Shown piece by piece: positions 1 to 13,622 of a stretch of DNA of 60,000 nucleotides (the stretch's first letter is position 1; each line of letters opens with the position of its first letter). The stretch comes from Amphiscolops sp. MND2022. Taxonomy: Eukaryota. The stretch is taken from positions 39,248,001 through 39,308,000 of the forward strand of contig OZ076409.1 in NCBI GenBank assembly GCA_964187785.1, written 5' to 3'. Both the position numbers and the translations under genes were made by a program. The notes beneath the pieces are model-generated. The model ran no database searches and was not told where the DNA came from. It saw only the letters and a program-made list of their open reading frames with translations.

Positions 1-1344
1 AGTAATAGGGCTTTCTATCAGTAATAGAGTCTCAAAGAAAGCTGATATCTCGAGATATGGCACCGACTTGGGCCGGTCCTGGCTTGTTTGTAGTTGATTT
101 CGAAATTGACCCGTATCAACTAAAGCAACTAAAGCTGACTTTTACTATTGTTTTGTATTCGAAACTAGCACGATTAATACCGGAAAAAAATATCATTTTG
201 GACAATTGGTGTAGCTATTGATTACGTTATCGTAAATATTTAATACTGATTTCATGAGGCTGACTCGATGCCATACGGAAGAGCATTTGATTTCATGTAT
301 TGAATTGCCCGGAAGCCCTATTTATTCGGATGCGAATAGCTATATAGACCCTTTAAAACAACTCTCATAACTCTATGAAGTGTGTAACACTGCAAACTTT
401 TTTACATTGTACAGCGGTATTAAAAGTGAAAACTTGGTCAACATTACATGAATTATTATTTTTTATTTTTTCCATGAGGAGCAAAATGCTCGGCAAAACA
501 TTACCTCTTTCCTCGAGCAGCAAACCATTGGAAAACAGGCTGACAATTATCACAACGTAGTCAAAATTACGAGACACATCCCGATAAAGTGGATTTCGGT
601 CACGCAGCGTAATCTGTTAATTCAGTAAAAAGGTCAATCAGCGTAAGTTAGTCAAGACGGTCTATGCCTGGACAGTGTAGCTAGGTCAACGCGCGTAATG
701 AAAAATAGTGTAAAATATTCAAGGCGCGGAGTTAGTGAAAAGTGGAAGTTAGTCCAAAAATACACTTTTCCGTAATTCAGTCAAACTTTGACTAACTTCC
801 ACTTAATGCAAAAATAGCGATTTGCAATTCACAAAAAAGTGGAATGTGGTCAAGTTTGACTAACTTACACCATGTCTATATGCATTCAATATTCAGTGTT
901 CATTTTAAATCCTATTCATACCACTACATCGTAAAACAGTCAAATTAAACAATGATTCATTAAATAAATAGTTATTATTACCAAGCAGTACAGTACATAG
1001 TACGTATAAACCGCATTGCGCGTGTATTTTATCCATACATTTTACGTGCAAATAATCATATAAATATACATAGGATATACCTTGGAGCTACTAACTAGTA
1101 TCACTACCTTGTAGTACCAATTTTATCAAAGCAGCCCTCATCAATAGTTGCATTAACACTATCTTCAATTTTGGTCCCTGTCGTGAGCAAAGCTTGTGTC
1201 AGCGGAATGATTGATCAACGAGATGATGAACTGGGTTAATCTGGTCAAGGAATTTTGTGAAAGTACTATTGTAATGACTTATCAATGCGTGTAATGTACA
1301 CCTTATCACAAGTGTAAATCTTCCAAAAAAAAATATGCGCTCTG

Positions 1345-2553
1345 TGACAGAACGGGCGGACGTCTCTGGGTTAGGCACGTCACGATTGTTCTCTTCCCTA
1401 CTATTTGATAATCTGTCAGTAAGGGCTTTCACAATATTAGTAAGTTCTCCAATTTGGCGATTCATTTCCAAGAAACGTTGTTCAAATCTATGATTTTCGT
1501 GGTCCCTCTCTATCTCTCTCATGTCATTTTCGAATTCATTTCCCAAGACATTTTCACCGAAATGGTCAGCAACACTCATGTTGTCTTCGTTATCGGAATA
1601 ACTACTAGTTCCAGATTGCTCGATTCTACTTTCTCTGTTAAATCTCGATCGAGTATTTACCATGATTGAAAAGTTATATTTTTAAGCAGTTTGAATTATG
1701 AAATGTAAGTTTAAGAATCAGAACATTGTATAATGCTTGTTAAGGTAACGACTGGATTCTACCGTGGTAAAGTTCTAATTGTTGGATTTTTGAATTGTAC
1801 TAGCACCTTCAAACTCGTAATTACTCGTTAATCGCACTTGATTATTTGAGTCTCTTCTCAACTGGTCATTTGGTTAACCTGCTGTTAGCACCTCATGGTA
1901 CATTTCGTACGACTGGTCACTTCAGTCGTTGTTAATTACCACTTCGGTACTTCCACTCTATTATCACAGCAGTATGCATCATTTGCCTTGTAACTTCACA
2001 GCGCGTACTAATGATTGAAGTGCTGAATATAATTACTGCATTTGATCGTCGGTAATATTGCTCTAATTAGCACTGAATACAAATGGACGACTATTGATCG
2101 AAGTTGTTGCTGGTAATTTCGCAAAGTTTTGACTGATTGAATATTTATGAACTAAGCGATGCAAAATGACTATTGGTGAACTAAACGATGCTTTAGTAAT
2201 TGGACTATTGATGATTTACATATAAAAAACTGCATGTATGTTTAAGTAAAGGTACAACCGGATATGCCAGTCGTTTGTGTAAAGGTTTCATATATTGCAC
2301 ATAAAGTTTGTTGAATTCGACTATCTATTTTAGTCGTTATTGCTAAACAGGTGAAAGGAAAATATGTTCATGTAAAATGTGTCGAAGCACACTGGTAGTT
2401 TGTGATATTGGTGAATTGGGGTGACCACTGCATAGTACAGTCGTCCATTGTATGCATCTACATAAGCTTAAACTGTTTGTGTTTTGAATGTTTCAGTCGG
2501 TTGGTGGAGTCTTCATTCTTCAGTCGTTATACTTCATACCAACCGGTATGACA
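1345..2553 (-). repeat. 3' LTR of element 1
   Basis: Near-identical to 14830-16038 (about a dozen substitutions seen by eye); contains a copy of the gag N-terminus (ORF 1199-1663). Confidence 0.97.
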
Positions 2554-2565
2554 CTCCGCCTCTTT
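2554..2565 (-). other. Polypurine tract of element 1
   Basis: Minus strand AAAGAGGCGGAG immediately before the TGTCA start of the 3' LTR. Confidence 0.75.
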
Positions 2566-3383
2566 GAAAGGAAGTTGGCGGGAGCTCTGAACTAAAGCTG
2601 AGTGTTAATCGTCATTTAGGGTGGTTGATTAGCTCGGTGGCTGGAAGGTTGGGAAGGCAGGGGGGCAGGTAGCTGTCGTGTGTATTGGATGAAACGTTTC
2701 GTCAAGTAACGAGTGCGGTCGGTAGTCGTCGTTGAATGGAAGCAGTAAGTGGTTTACCATCGAGTAAGCGGAAGTAGCATCGGGCTGTGACGTCATGTGC
2801 ATCTTAGTGTAGAATAGTGGGAGTAGGTAGTGCTGAGTTGAATTCGGTATGCCACGTCATCCGGTCGTGCGCTTGATTAGAGAAAGTATTGTGTTAAGTA
2901 AATAGTAAAGGAGCGATAACCGCGGCAGTCGGCTCATTCTCGGAAGAGTAAACACATTTGATGCAGAGTCGTTAGCATCATTGCTGTCTAAACTTTTGTT
3001 GCTGTTCATTGCTGTTAATCTCCGTTAATTCTTTGATTATCGTTTATTGATTGTTGATTGTTCCCATTATTTTCTTTCTTGTTGCCCCTTCTCACCACTG
3101 CGTGTCTTCGAGGTTGGGATCGAATATGTTCTGGTCAGATAGGTTTTGTTCGATAAGTAGGGTAGAAAAAACGACTGCTGTGGTCAGAGGTAAATCGTCT
3201 CTGTTGATATTTCCGTGGATTGATTTTTGCATTCAGGACCATCTGTCGTGGTAACTTTTGACTACTAAGTAAGGCTAGTAATGCAAGAAAATGTAGTTGA
3301 TCAGGCCACATATTCGATTTCACCAGCACTGAATTGTTGAGTCGTCAATCGTCCCCTTTACGTAGTTTATTCCTTATCGTCGC

Positions 3384-6300
3384 ATGTCCGATCTGGGCGG
3401 TTCCTCCTTTGATCCTGATTTGTGGTCGTTGGTATCCTTAGCCGAACGAAGCTATCAGGATATTGAAGAAATGGCTTCGAGTATCGGGTCATTGTCTGAA
3501 GAAGCGTTGGCCACAGAAGCTGCGAATTTAAATCCGCCTTGCTGTCAGTTCGCTGGGCGGGTGACTTCGTCATCCCTGGGTGGTATGAGCAAGTTGCTAG
3601 ACCTTGCTCTATCTGAAGAATTCCGTGAGTATTATTTTCTGTATCATTTTCGTCGTCATTTGTCAGTGACTACTTTCTTTTGCTCGAGTCTTTTTCTTCC
3701 ATTTTTCCCGGATTTGTGCATTGGGAGTATGGGTGCTGCATCGTAGTGGTCCAGTCATTTGTAATTCTTTTGGGCGCTAGTGTATTCTGGGGGGTATCGT
3801 GGTGAGATGGTTGTTTCATTGATTTTTTTTACTTGGGTCGTAGGCGACGTGGATGTGTCGACCTTGCTGGAGTACATCCGTGCTTTCCCGCAGAGGTGTG
3901 GTCAAACAAGTGAGGCTCCTCCAGCTGTTTTGGGCGAGCAAGTGCATCAGTTGATGGAATCTCAATTAGGTTAGTAGCACGTTCGTTCTTCTGGTTTAAC
4001 ACTCCTGTAGGTTCGCGTAACATGTACGACCTTGGTGTGTTGTGTGTCGCCGTAGAGTTAGCTTCAGTTGGTTAGGGAATTAATCAATTTGCGATAATCT
4101 AGAATGTCAGGTTGACTTTAGGTGTCGAGGACTGTGCCGTCTTGTCCTTGGACGATCTTCTGGGTCGTGTAGAGGCCCGAATGGAAAAAAGCGTTCGGGA
4201 GTTGACCAAAGCTATTCTGGAGTCTTCTTTGGGGGAACTCGGGACTGTTGGGGCTCTTCGTGTTGATGAGTTCTGGCACACTTTCAAGACTGCGCTGCAA
4301 GAGGTCATCGTGAAACAGCGTGTGGATGGGACGTCTCGTGAGTTCACTCCTTCCGTTGAGTTGTCTTCTGTGGACTTGGCCAGCCACGGTACCGTTCCTG
4401 TGCTCAGTGTCTCCGGGACCAGCTCTCACGTGCCAACTGTGTTCGGTGGGCCTGGTTCAGTCGCTGCAGTTGAGGATCCTGTTGTCGGGACGTCCGCAGC
4501 TCCAAGACCTGGTAACTATTCTCAAGATCACATGCAATGTTGTACTAATTTGGGGGTTTAAGCTTAAGTGTTAAGACTATCTAATCTTTTATCGTTTTGG
4601 AAGGTAGTGTAGGTACTAGTGTGGTTTTTCGCGTTTTTCTATGATAACAGAGGTAGTGATTGGGAGAGACAGGTCAGATATTTCTTATACGTTCTTTGGG
4701 TGTGACTTTTCGGTGTGTGTTTTTAGTGAGGAAGAAGAGGCTCAACACGTTGAAGCCATCCTATTTCGTGTCGAACGTGGTTGGGCTGTTTGTTGGCTTT
4801 CCGCGACACAAACGTGTCATTGACGGGTTTGCACGTTGTCTCATTTGCCGTGTGGACCTAAGTATCGCGGGTCGTGGCCTCCAGACTCTGTGGGGGCATT
4901 GGAAGGGTGCGGAACACACCCGTCTAGAGCAAGAGTTCCGCATCATGACGCAACGTCCGCTGTTGGACAAATCGTGTCGGCCCGTTTCCGCCGAGGAAGA
5001 CACGCGGATACGCATTGATCGAATGGTGGAGCCTCCAGTCTATTTAGAGTCGCCAATCAGTTTGTCTCTCGAGGAGCGCGTGGCTCTTGAACGTGAAGTG
5101 GAGGAGGAGGGTTCTCGTCCGGTCTTGCCCGATGGAAGTGCTGCTTATCTGTGGCTGTGTTTCTTTTTGAACTGTTTTGGGGCAGTCACTGGATTTCAGT
5201 CACTGATGCGACTCATGGATGGGTGGACTGGCAGTTTGCTGGGCGAAATGAACTTTGTAGCCCGAAGTCTTACCGTTCCGAAATGTCAGGTACTATAGTT
5301 TTTTGTGCATGTACTATATATGCTAATGTTTTTCTGGGGGGGTATTTTTCTAGTTTTACGTATTTGTTACATGTGCTAGGACTTGTATGTTACATGGTGT
5401 GATGTGTGTTTGGTTGATGGATGGTCTATGTTGTTTCGTGTTGTTTAGAGCTTGTTGTTGTACGGGGTATACCCGTACATCATGGAGAAACTGGGCAGCC
5501 TCGTGCAAGCAGGCAATCAAGTGGGGCTACGTGTTTATTTCGACGGGAATTGGGAATTTCTGGCGGGTCGACTGTCATTTTGTTGACGACGTGGACTTGC
5601 GGACGGTGATCCTTGTGACATGGCCTGTTTGCGATCGCTGGAAAGAAGATCTGATTCGGCTAACTGTGACTGTATTGTCTTGTCTGGAGCCGTTGCCTAA
5701 CATTTGTAGTGTGGTAGTGGACACCCACGTCTCTGTCGGACGGTCTTTGGCTCATTTTGGACCTACTGGCACTTCCGTTGTGATGCGATTTTACGACGTG
5801 CAGTGGTTGCAGCGCAGCATCCGGCAGCAGTTTCGGCAACGAATTGGAGGTCTCGATCCCTACAATGTTTTAGAGTTCCTAAAATATCGTCTGTCGAGCG
5901 TAGTCAATGGATCGGCCTTCGACAGAATGCCTTTGCTACGTCAGGTACTTTCTTGTGGTATAAGTGTTATAGATGTGTAATATCTAAGGTGTGTTAACTT
6001 TGTTTAGCGTGTGTATAAATTAAACCTATGATTGTAGCAGTAGGGCTAGGGTGTTCGGTCGTTTTCTGCTTTTTGTCTCATGGATCGAGGTGCAAATGTC
6101 GCTATTCTATTTGCAGTACGTGCGCAGTGACGACTTGGCTCTACCGCAATTGGCTGCTGTGTGTGGGGAACTTGTCGAACGATGGGACGATCTGGCTGTT
6201 TACTTCGGCAATGAATGCGGTGGTTCCATGGTGGAGTTGAGATCGATCCCTAGTTTGAGTGTCGTCATCTTCAATGACCGTTTGGCTCGACCGCAGATGG

Positions 6301-7189
6301 CCATGTTGAGATGGTTGCTAGATGAAGGTGAGTATAATTCAGTAGTTTGATGCTCTTTTTTTTTCTTTTTTTTTCAAACGGAAAGACTGTGAAGCAATTT
6401 GGTCCCTTCATCATCATTTTCATTTTTTTTGTGTAGGTTTTTTCGTTACGGGTGGGGGTCTATTTAGGGTGAATCCTCACTGATGTCGGTTGGGTTTGTT
6501 TGTTTTAGTAGTGGCGTCCTTCCCTCGAGGGTGTACCTATAGTCGGGACCGTGACCTGTGCTTTGAAGTAGAGTTTGTTTCTTTCTTACGACGGGGTCAC
6601 TGCTCTCTCCCAAGGACAGTTGCTGTCCAGTATGAACTTGGTGCGAAGCTGGACGAGTGCTGGGGTGATCGGCGGCGCGAGAAAATTAATGGCCGGGTTC
6701 CTACGTCACTGTGAGACAACGGACATGCAGGTTTCGCGATTGACAGACCCAGAAAGAGGGAGACCCTGGGATCAGCTGCTGAAAGTTGGAGTCGAAGACG
6801 TGTTGTCCCGGTGCTATCAGGTATTCCATGAGGGGACTGTCGAGTCAGCAGGGATCTCCGCGGACGACTACCGGTCTGCAGTGTGTGCACAGTTAAAGAG
6901 CGGTGCCGACGGTGCTAAAGTACAGATCAAAATCCGTTCCCGGAAACTTACGTCTCGTGGTTCTGTTGTTCCGTTTTCCGTCGACGATGATGAGCCGTTG
7001 AGTCGACGTGTCGTCCGGGGTAAAACTCCAAAAGCGCAAAAGGATGTCGGTTTGCCTTCTACCTCACGTGGCAGTAAAGGCAAGAAAGCAACAACGCGTG
7101 CCAAGTCTAAGTCTACCAAGGCGACTAAGAGAGTTGTAAAGCGGAACTTGTCAAGAGTCCTGATGAGTGAGTCCTCGGAGGAGTACTAG
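3384..7189 (+). pseudogene. Antisense spliced cargo gene of element 1, hAT-transposase-like, about 899 aa if repaired; predicted exons 3384-3624, 3844-3969, 4122-4511, 4727-5289, 5449-5944, 6117-6327, 6509-7189
   Basis: Phase-compatible GT..AG introns join consecutive + ORFs; zinc finger ARCLICRVDLSIAGRGLQTLWGHWKGAEH; helix ELVERWDDLAVYF; aligns with the element 2 gene; two frameshifts (7-bp duplication 5545-5558, G-run near 6594). Confidence 0.75.
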
Positions 7190-8678
7190 TGCGTTTGAGA
7201 AGACTATTTGTTGAGCAAATTCGCTGAGACTACATTTTTGGACTTCTTTTTAATACTTATTTTTGTGTTTGTAGTGATTTCATATCGTATTACATGGCTT
7301 TTTGATTTTGTCTTGAGCGCTGTATCATTGTTCTTCTTTCGCTGCTGATTTGTAATTTTTTCATGTTGATTGCTGATTTGGCTGTCATTGTTAGTCCCGG
7401 AACGGGTACATTTGATTTTGCATTTTACTGGCTTGCATGTATTGTCGTTATTACTCTTGATTTGTGACAGTTGTTTTATAGATTTTAGTTACATGGCTTG
7501 ATACATCTTGCATGTGTCTCTCTTGTTTATCTCGTTGACACCGTAGCGTTTAAGTGTGTCTAGAAGAAGAAATACAATTTTGACCTCGATTTTTCTTTTG
7601 TCGTAGTTAGAGGTTTGCATGTTGGATGTTGTTTCATGTATTTTGCATGAGGTTATTTATCTAAGTCGACGTCATCATTGTTGATGTGTGTTGTTATTTT
7701 TCTTGAGCTTTTGACTTGTTACCTCATGGTAATTGCTATAGTGAACGGAAGGCGGACTAAATTCTTAAGGCGTGTTGGTATTGGGCAGCTAGTTTGTAAG
7801 TAGGACCGCGAACTCCTTAAATCTTTTACTGTGGCGAGTCGATGCGTACGCATTGTTGGTCTAATTTAAGGGGTCGGGCGTTCATTTTCGTCGTTTTGGT
7901 GAATACGTATCTTCACCTTCATGGTCATATTTTTTTTCTCAGTTTATTGTTCGATTTATTGTAAGGTGAATTGCCGTCGCAACCACCCATTCAAAACTAA
8001 CACTGAATCCAGTTGCTAAAGAGCAACCTTCATCTGTATGGTGACGACCAACCACACAAGCACGTTTTTGACGACGCACCCACACAGCCAGCACTATGAT
8101 TTCAAGGTTAATTGTGTGGGGCTTCATTGCGTGGTCCTAACGTTAGCGAGGCAGCAGATCGTTCCTGTTAGTTCGTTGATCGTTTTGGGAACGTTATTTG
8201 CGTTCACGTTTCGTTAATTTCGCTAGGATCGTCTCGTATTTGGAGTATTTTACTCCGACTGTGGCTATGGTGATTTTGGCATGAATTGAATAAATTATCT
8301 CGCGTTAATTTACATGGTACATGTATTTCCGCATCGCATTTTCCGTGACGACTGGTGTCTGTGGTCGTTGCGTTTCCGTTCGTTCATTATTAATGGCAGT
8401 TAGTGCTCAGCGTTTGCGCTGTTCAAGTAGTGTAGCCTGAAATGAATGGTCGTTTTAATTGCTGTTGAGTGGCTAGTGTTCTTGCGTGTCGCAATTGTAA
8501 ATCAATTGCCTGCACGATCTAGGCTCATGACTGCCATGACTGCTATTAGCAGTCGTTAGTGATGTCTTCTATTTTGATTAAGCTAACGAAAGTAATGGAA
8601 TTTCATGTTTGGTGTGCTAAAGAAAATTATAGTTTGTTGTGTTGTGTAGCACTTTTGCGTGGAGCGTTTTTATGACTC

Positions 8679-11600
8679 TCAGTTGGAGTGGTTGTTTTGC
8701 ACCAATTTTCGTAATACAGGTTTTGCTTGGAGTTCGTGAACGAGGAAGTCTCGATAAGTCTTCGGTGTAGGTTGCGCACGTAGGTTGTAACGGGTAGTGT
8801 TATTGCGCGACGTTACCGTTGCTTCGTCGTTGTTGTGTGGCAGCTCGTTCTGGTGGGTTGCAGTTTGATCGGGTTCGGCCCGATTTTCGTCCTCTAAGTG
8901 AGTACTGACAACAGGGTCGTCAGTCGGTGGCACAAATGTGTGAGGAGAGCTTTCAGGTATAGGTTGTGTCATTTGTCGGTCCGATGACCTTTGAGCTTGG
9001 TCGTAGTATATGATACCATGTTCAGTGTCGAGTTCTTCATGAGGCGGCAGTGCAGGCGTTCGCTCAAAATGGATCGTCTGAGGTACATGGTCGTTAAATA
9101 GATCCTGGTCGTCGAACGCTTCTGGGTCGGCATAGAAGAGATTTGGATCTTCTTCGATGTCGTGTATGGGTGCGTTCGGGATGAAAGGTCGTAAACGCAT
9201 CCTATGAACGCACTGTGTACGGGAAGTGCCGATTTTTCTCACTATGTAGTTGAAGTTAGTTAAGACTTTTACTACTTTGAAAGGGCCTTCCTATTTAAAA
9301 TGGTTGAATGCAATTTTGTCGGACTGGTCAGTGATTTTCGGGTTGAGAAGGAAAACAAAGTCATTAACCTTTAAAGGTGATGCCTGGGCTTTACGGTCGT
9401 AGTACCTTTTGTACTTGTGGTAAGCCTGGAGTATGTTGTCGTTTACTTGTTTGTACTTTTCGTTCACTTGGTCAACCAATTTCGTCAAATCAGTGTCATG
9501 TGTACGGCTTTGCAGGGGGTTGCTGAACTTAAGGTCTAAGGCGTTGAACGGGACTCTACCATGAAACACTTCGCTCGGAGTACACTTTAGTGATTGGTGG
9601 TAAGTCGTGTTATGAGCCATAACTGCCAAGTTAACGTACTTGTCCCATTGCGGAGAGTCAGCTGCAACATTGATTTTCAGTATCTGTTTTAGCTTTTGGT
9701 GGGAACGTTCAACCATTCCTATGGTCTGTGCATGTTTTACAGTTGTGTGTTCGATTTGAATTCCGGCAGTTTTCATTAGTTCGGTCATGATGCTTGATGT
9801 GAACGCCGTGCCTTTGTCAGTGATGATGGTCTTAGGCACGTAGGCGTGACGGGTAAAGATTTGCAACAGTGCATTGACTACTGATTTTGTGTCTGGTTTG
9901 CGGATCGGGATCGCGAACAGATAGCGCGAGAAGTAATCGCACGCCGTCAGGATGTGCGTATATCCATTTGAGCAGGTCAGTTCGCCTACTAGGTCGATTT
10001 CTAGTATGTCTTCAGGACCGTTGCAAGGGTCGTAGATTTTTTCAAGCGGTGGGATTAGGCGTTTTGTGTTGAAAGGTTTAGCTTTTAGACAGTCTGTGCA
10101 GTTACTAACAAATTTTGAAACGTGATCGCTAAGGTTAGGTATGTAACAACGCTTGCGGAGTTCTACCAACATTTTGGTTGCCCCAGAGTGTCCCTGCATG
10201 GGGTCGCCATGCATCGTCCTGATTATGGGCAATGTAGTTTCTGGAGGTACTACAATTTGTTTAAATAGAACTCTGCCAGTGTTATCAAAAAACTTCCTGT
10301 ACAAGACCTTGTTGACTACTTCAAGACGTTTTCTGTTTTTTACTAGTTTTTGGAAGAAGGTACTGGCAAAGTTTACGTGGTTAGGGAGGGGTTCGTCGTT
10401 AACTAAGACTCTTATCATTTTTTGAACGTCTTGGTTACTTAGTTGTGCTTGGATTATTTGTGAATCCCCTTGCGGGCATACCTGGTTTACCGTGTTGGTG
10501 TGCTGTCTTCGGGTAAACTTCGTCAGCATGATTGAGGGGGTTCCGTCTGTCAACACTGGTTCGAGGTGACGACTGATGATCTGGATCATTCTGGTACGGT
10601 CGTCGTCGGGTTGGTCCTGGGTGTTCGCGAGTGAATGCAGTAGTGATTGCATTTGGCTGAGGGCATCATGGGTGTTGGTTGTCTCAGGTCCGTCCTGCTC
10701 CGGGGTGTCAGCTGGAGTATTGTGTTGTGGTTGATCAGGGTCGTAGTCTTCTTCATCGTCGTCCTGCTTCGGGGTTTTTGCTGCTAAGTCAATCTCGATG
10801 TAATGGACGGGGATCTGGTCGTTCAGTTTCAGGTGGATCCTATCCTCAGGGTTAATGTCTAGCCTGGACAGGTAGTCAGCAGCTGGGTTTTCCACACCTG
10901 GCACGTGGGCTAGTACGAAGTCAAATTGCAGTGCTTGGTCGCAATGATTCCACAATTTCGGTGGGATTCGCTTTGATTGGAAGAAGCGGGTTAGCGCTTT
11001 ATTGTCTGTCATCACGATGGTGGGCTTCTTTACTCCCCATAAAATGTGGGCGAACTCATCGAAGGCGAAATGCATGGCTAGGAACTCCTTCGCATACATA
11101 GTCAGTGACATTTGGCCTTCCGTGAATCGTTGGGACCCGAAAGCAACAGGTGCGTACGTCTTCTTCTTGTCGTCGTTGCTTTCAGTGTAGTCCTCGATAA
11201 GCAGCACGTACCCTGCTGCATGTTCGCTGGCGTCACACATGATGACGAGTTGCTTGTCGGGTAGTGGTAGTCGAAGTGACAGTTTCGCAGCTCGTGCTAG
11301 ATTTTCGTTGATGTCGAAAATTGCGTCCTTGTGTACCTGCATCATTGCGAACTTGACATCTTTTTGTAGTAGCTTGTACAGTGGGACGAGTTTCTCGGCC
11401 AATTTCGGGATGTATTGCCTGTAGAATTGCACAAATCCAATGTAGCGCTGGAGTGATTTGACTGATGTTGGTAATTTGAAGTTTTTGAGGAAGTCGTCAA
11501 TCCGGTCTGCAAGGGGTGCGATGCCTTTGGTTGTTCTGCTTCGTCCCAAGAATTCGATTTTCGGGTGTCCAAAGGCGCACTTTGACATCGAGAGTTTCAG

Positions 11601-13622
11601 TCCTGCCTTCTGTATCTGCTGAAACACTGCTTCGATGTTGGCACCCAGTTCGTCCACGTTGTGTGCAGCGACTCCAATGTCGTCAACGTATTGTGCACAT
11701 TTGTCTGCTTTTACTAGTGCATCAAGGTACTCTCGGATTGTGCTGTTGAATGCTGACAGTGATCTGTTCAATCCTTGAGCAAGACGAAGGTATGCAAATG
11801 TCCTGCTGCCAAAATTAAATGCAAGAAGCTGGATTGACTGTTCGTCGGCCATCTGAAGACAGTGGTAAGCTTGCGAACAGTCGAGCTTACAAACGTACTT
11901 CTTGCCAGCCATGTGTTGAGCGGCGTCTGCTATCGTCGTGACCGGGTGATTGTGCTGGTTGTAGTCGTTCTTGAGGAGGTGGTTGATGCGTCTCAAGTCG
12001 ACTAGGATTCGCAATTTTCCATTGGGCTTCCGCTGGGCAAATATCGGGAACGAGTATTTGCTGTATGGAAGTGTGGTGATGATGCCGTATTCTTGCATCA
12101 GAGCCAATTCGACGAGGAGGTCGTCCTTCAGGTTAGTCGGGGTCGGTAGGCTCTGTGCGTACACCGGGTCATCATGCTTGGGTGTCAATTTGATTTTGAA
12201 ATCTGTGTTGATGCCTATGTCAAGGCGGTGACGTGCAAAAATCGTGTGGTATTTGACCAACAGTGCTTCAATCCTTTGTTGCTCTTGTTCGGTGAGGATT
12301 GAGTTGTCCCAGCTGAAATTCTTCAGGAACGCCCGTCGTTGGTCGTCGTCACGTGTGGGGTCGAGTTTCTCAGCTTCTCGGAGTTGGATGATTTCATCGT
12401 AAATTCGGCGTTCAATTTTATTCAGTTTATCAGGGTCGTCACATGTATCGGGTGTGGGGTACCATCGTTTGTCCTTGTTTGCATCTGGTTCCTGGAACAA
12501 CTGGTTGATCACGTTCTTGGCCTCATCTGGAAACTTCGAAATGAGGGTCAGTTGCTCGTTTGTCATTGGTTGGACGTTCTTCGCTTGGTTTGGGGTTAGA
12601 ATGCGGAAAACTGCGACTGTTGTGTGTTGGGGTATTGTTATTGTGTGGTCCAAGTAATTGGTGATTTGGACATGGCTCTGCTGGTCGTTTATTTCGGACA
12701 TCGATGGGGATACCAGCAGTTCCGTCTTCCGTTCGAATGCTGGGAACGCTTCCACCGTGCCTGTTACATGGCCGATGTCCTTTTCTGCTACCACTGGGAT
12801 GAAGACTTGTTGTTGCGGTGGTATGGTTGTCTTCTGTAATGCTCTGAGTTCCAACATTTGCAATTTGAACTTTCCATTTTGTGGTCTCAACTGGAGGGTG
12901 ATTTCTGGGAATTTGACAATGTTGTTTGCGAGGTCTAGTGTTACTGAATATTTTTTGAAAAATGACATTCCGATCAAAATGTTTCCCATTGTCGGCAAAA
13001 TCATAAATGTTTCCTCGAACACTTTTCCTCCGATAAAGAATCGAAGGAGGACTTGTTTCCGGACTGGGACTATGCTTCCATTGGCAATTTGGACTTTGAA
13101 GTCCGGGGCTGGGTATTCTTCAAGTTGAGCTGCTGGGTGGGCTTGCAATATCCGGCGTAGTTCATTTTCCGACATTGCACTTTGGATAGCACCTGTGTCC
13201 AGTAGCCCTTGGTTTTCGTATGCTCTGAATTGGAGAGGGACGTAGAGCATTTTGTTTCTCTTGTCTAGTTGTAATGTTGCACTGAGGGGTTTGATAGCCA
13301 TTGTTTTAGTGTTATTTGACGACTTCGTTTGTGATGGGTTGTTTTTGTCCCTTGTTTCCGTCTGAGTAGTCCGTGTAATGGGTGGTGAGTCCTTTGCAGT
13401 ACAGTCCTTTGTTGTACACGTGGGGTCATCTCCAACTAGTGTGAGTATGTGGTAGTTGTTGGGTGATACCTTGTGTACGTAGTATTTTTTGGAGTGTTTA
13501 GACCGATTGCCAGAATGCTGCCGACATTCCGACGTCTGAGACTTCGAGTCATAGTAGTGTTTAGTTTGTGGTCGTTTGCGCGCACTGGTAGTCTGGTTGT
13601 GTTGAGGATGACGTGGCTTTAC
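8679..13622 (-). CDS. pol: Pol polyprotein of element 1 (protease, RT, RNase H, integrase); one in-frame TAG at 9291-9293
   Basis: LLDTGA protease; YVDD RT; CDAS...KEFLA...TDN...ADYLSR RNase H; H-H-C-C zinc finger and DDE integrase; NHFK*EGPF continues in frame into ORF 8679-9242; frame open back to the gag end. Confidence 0.95.

Noticed and set aside
4600..4675. Possible micro-exons inside intron 4512-4726
   Set aside because: Direct splicing already preserves the frame, and the candidates need very short introns or break phase
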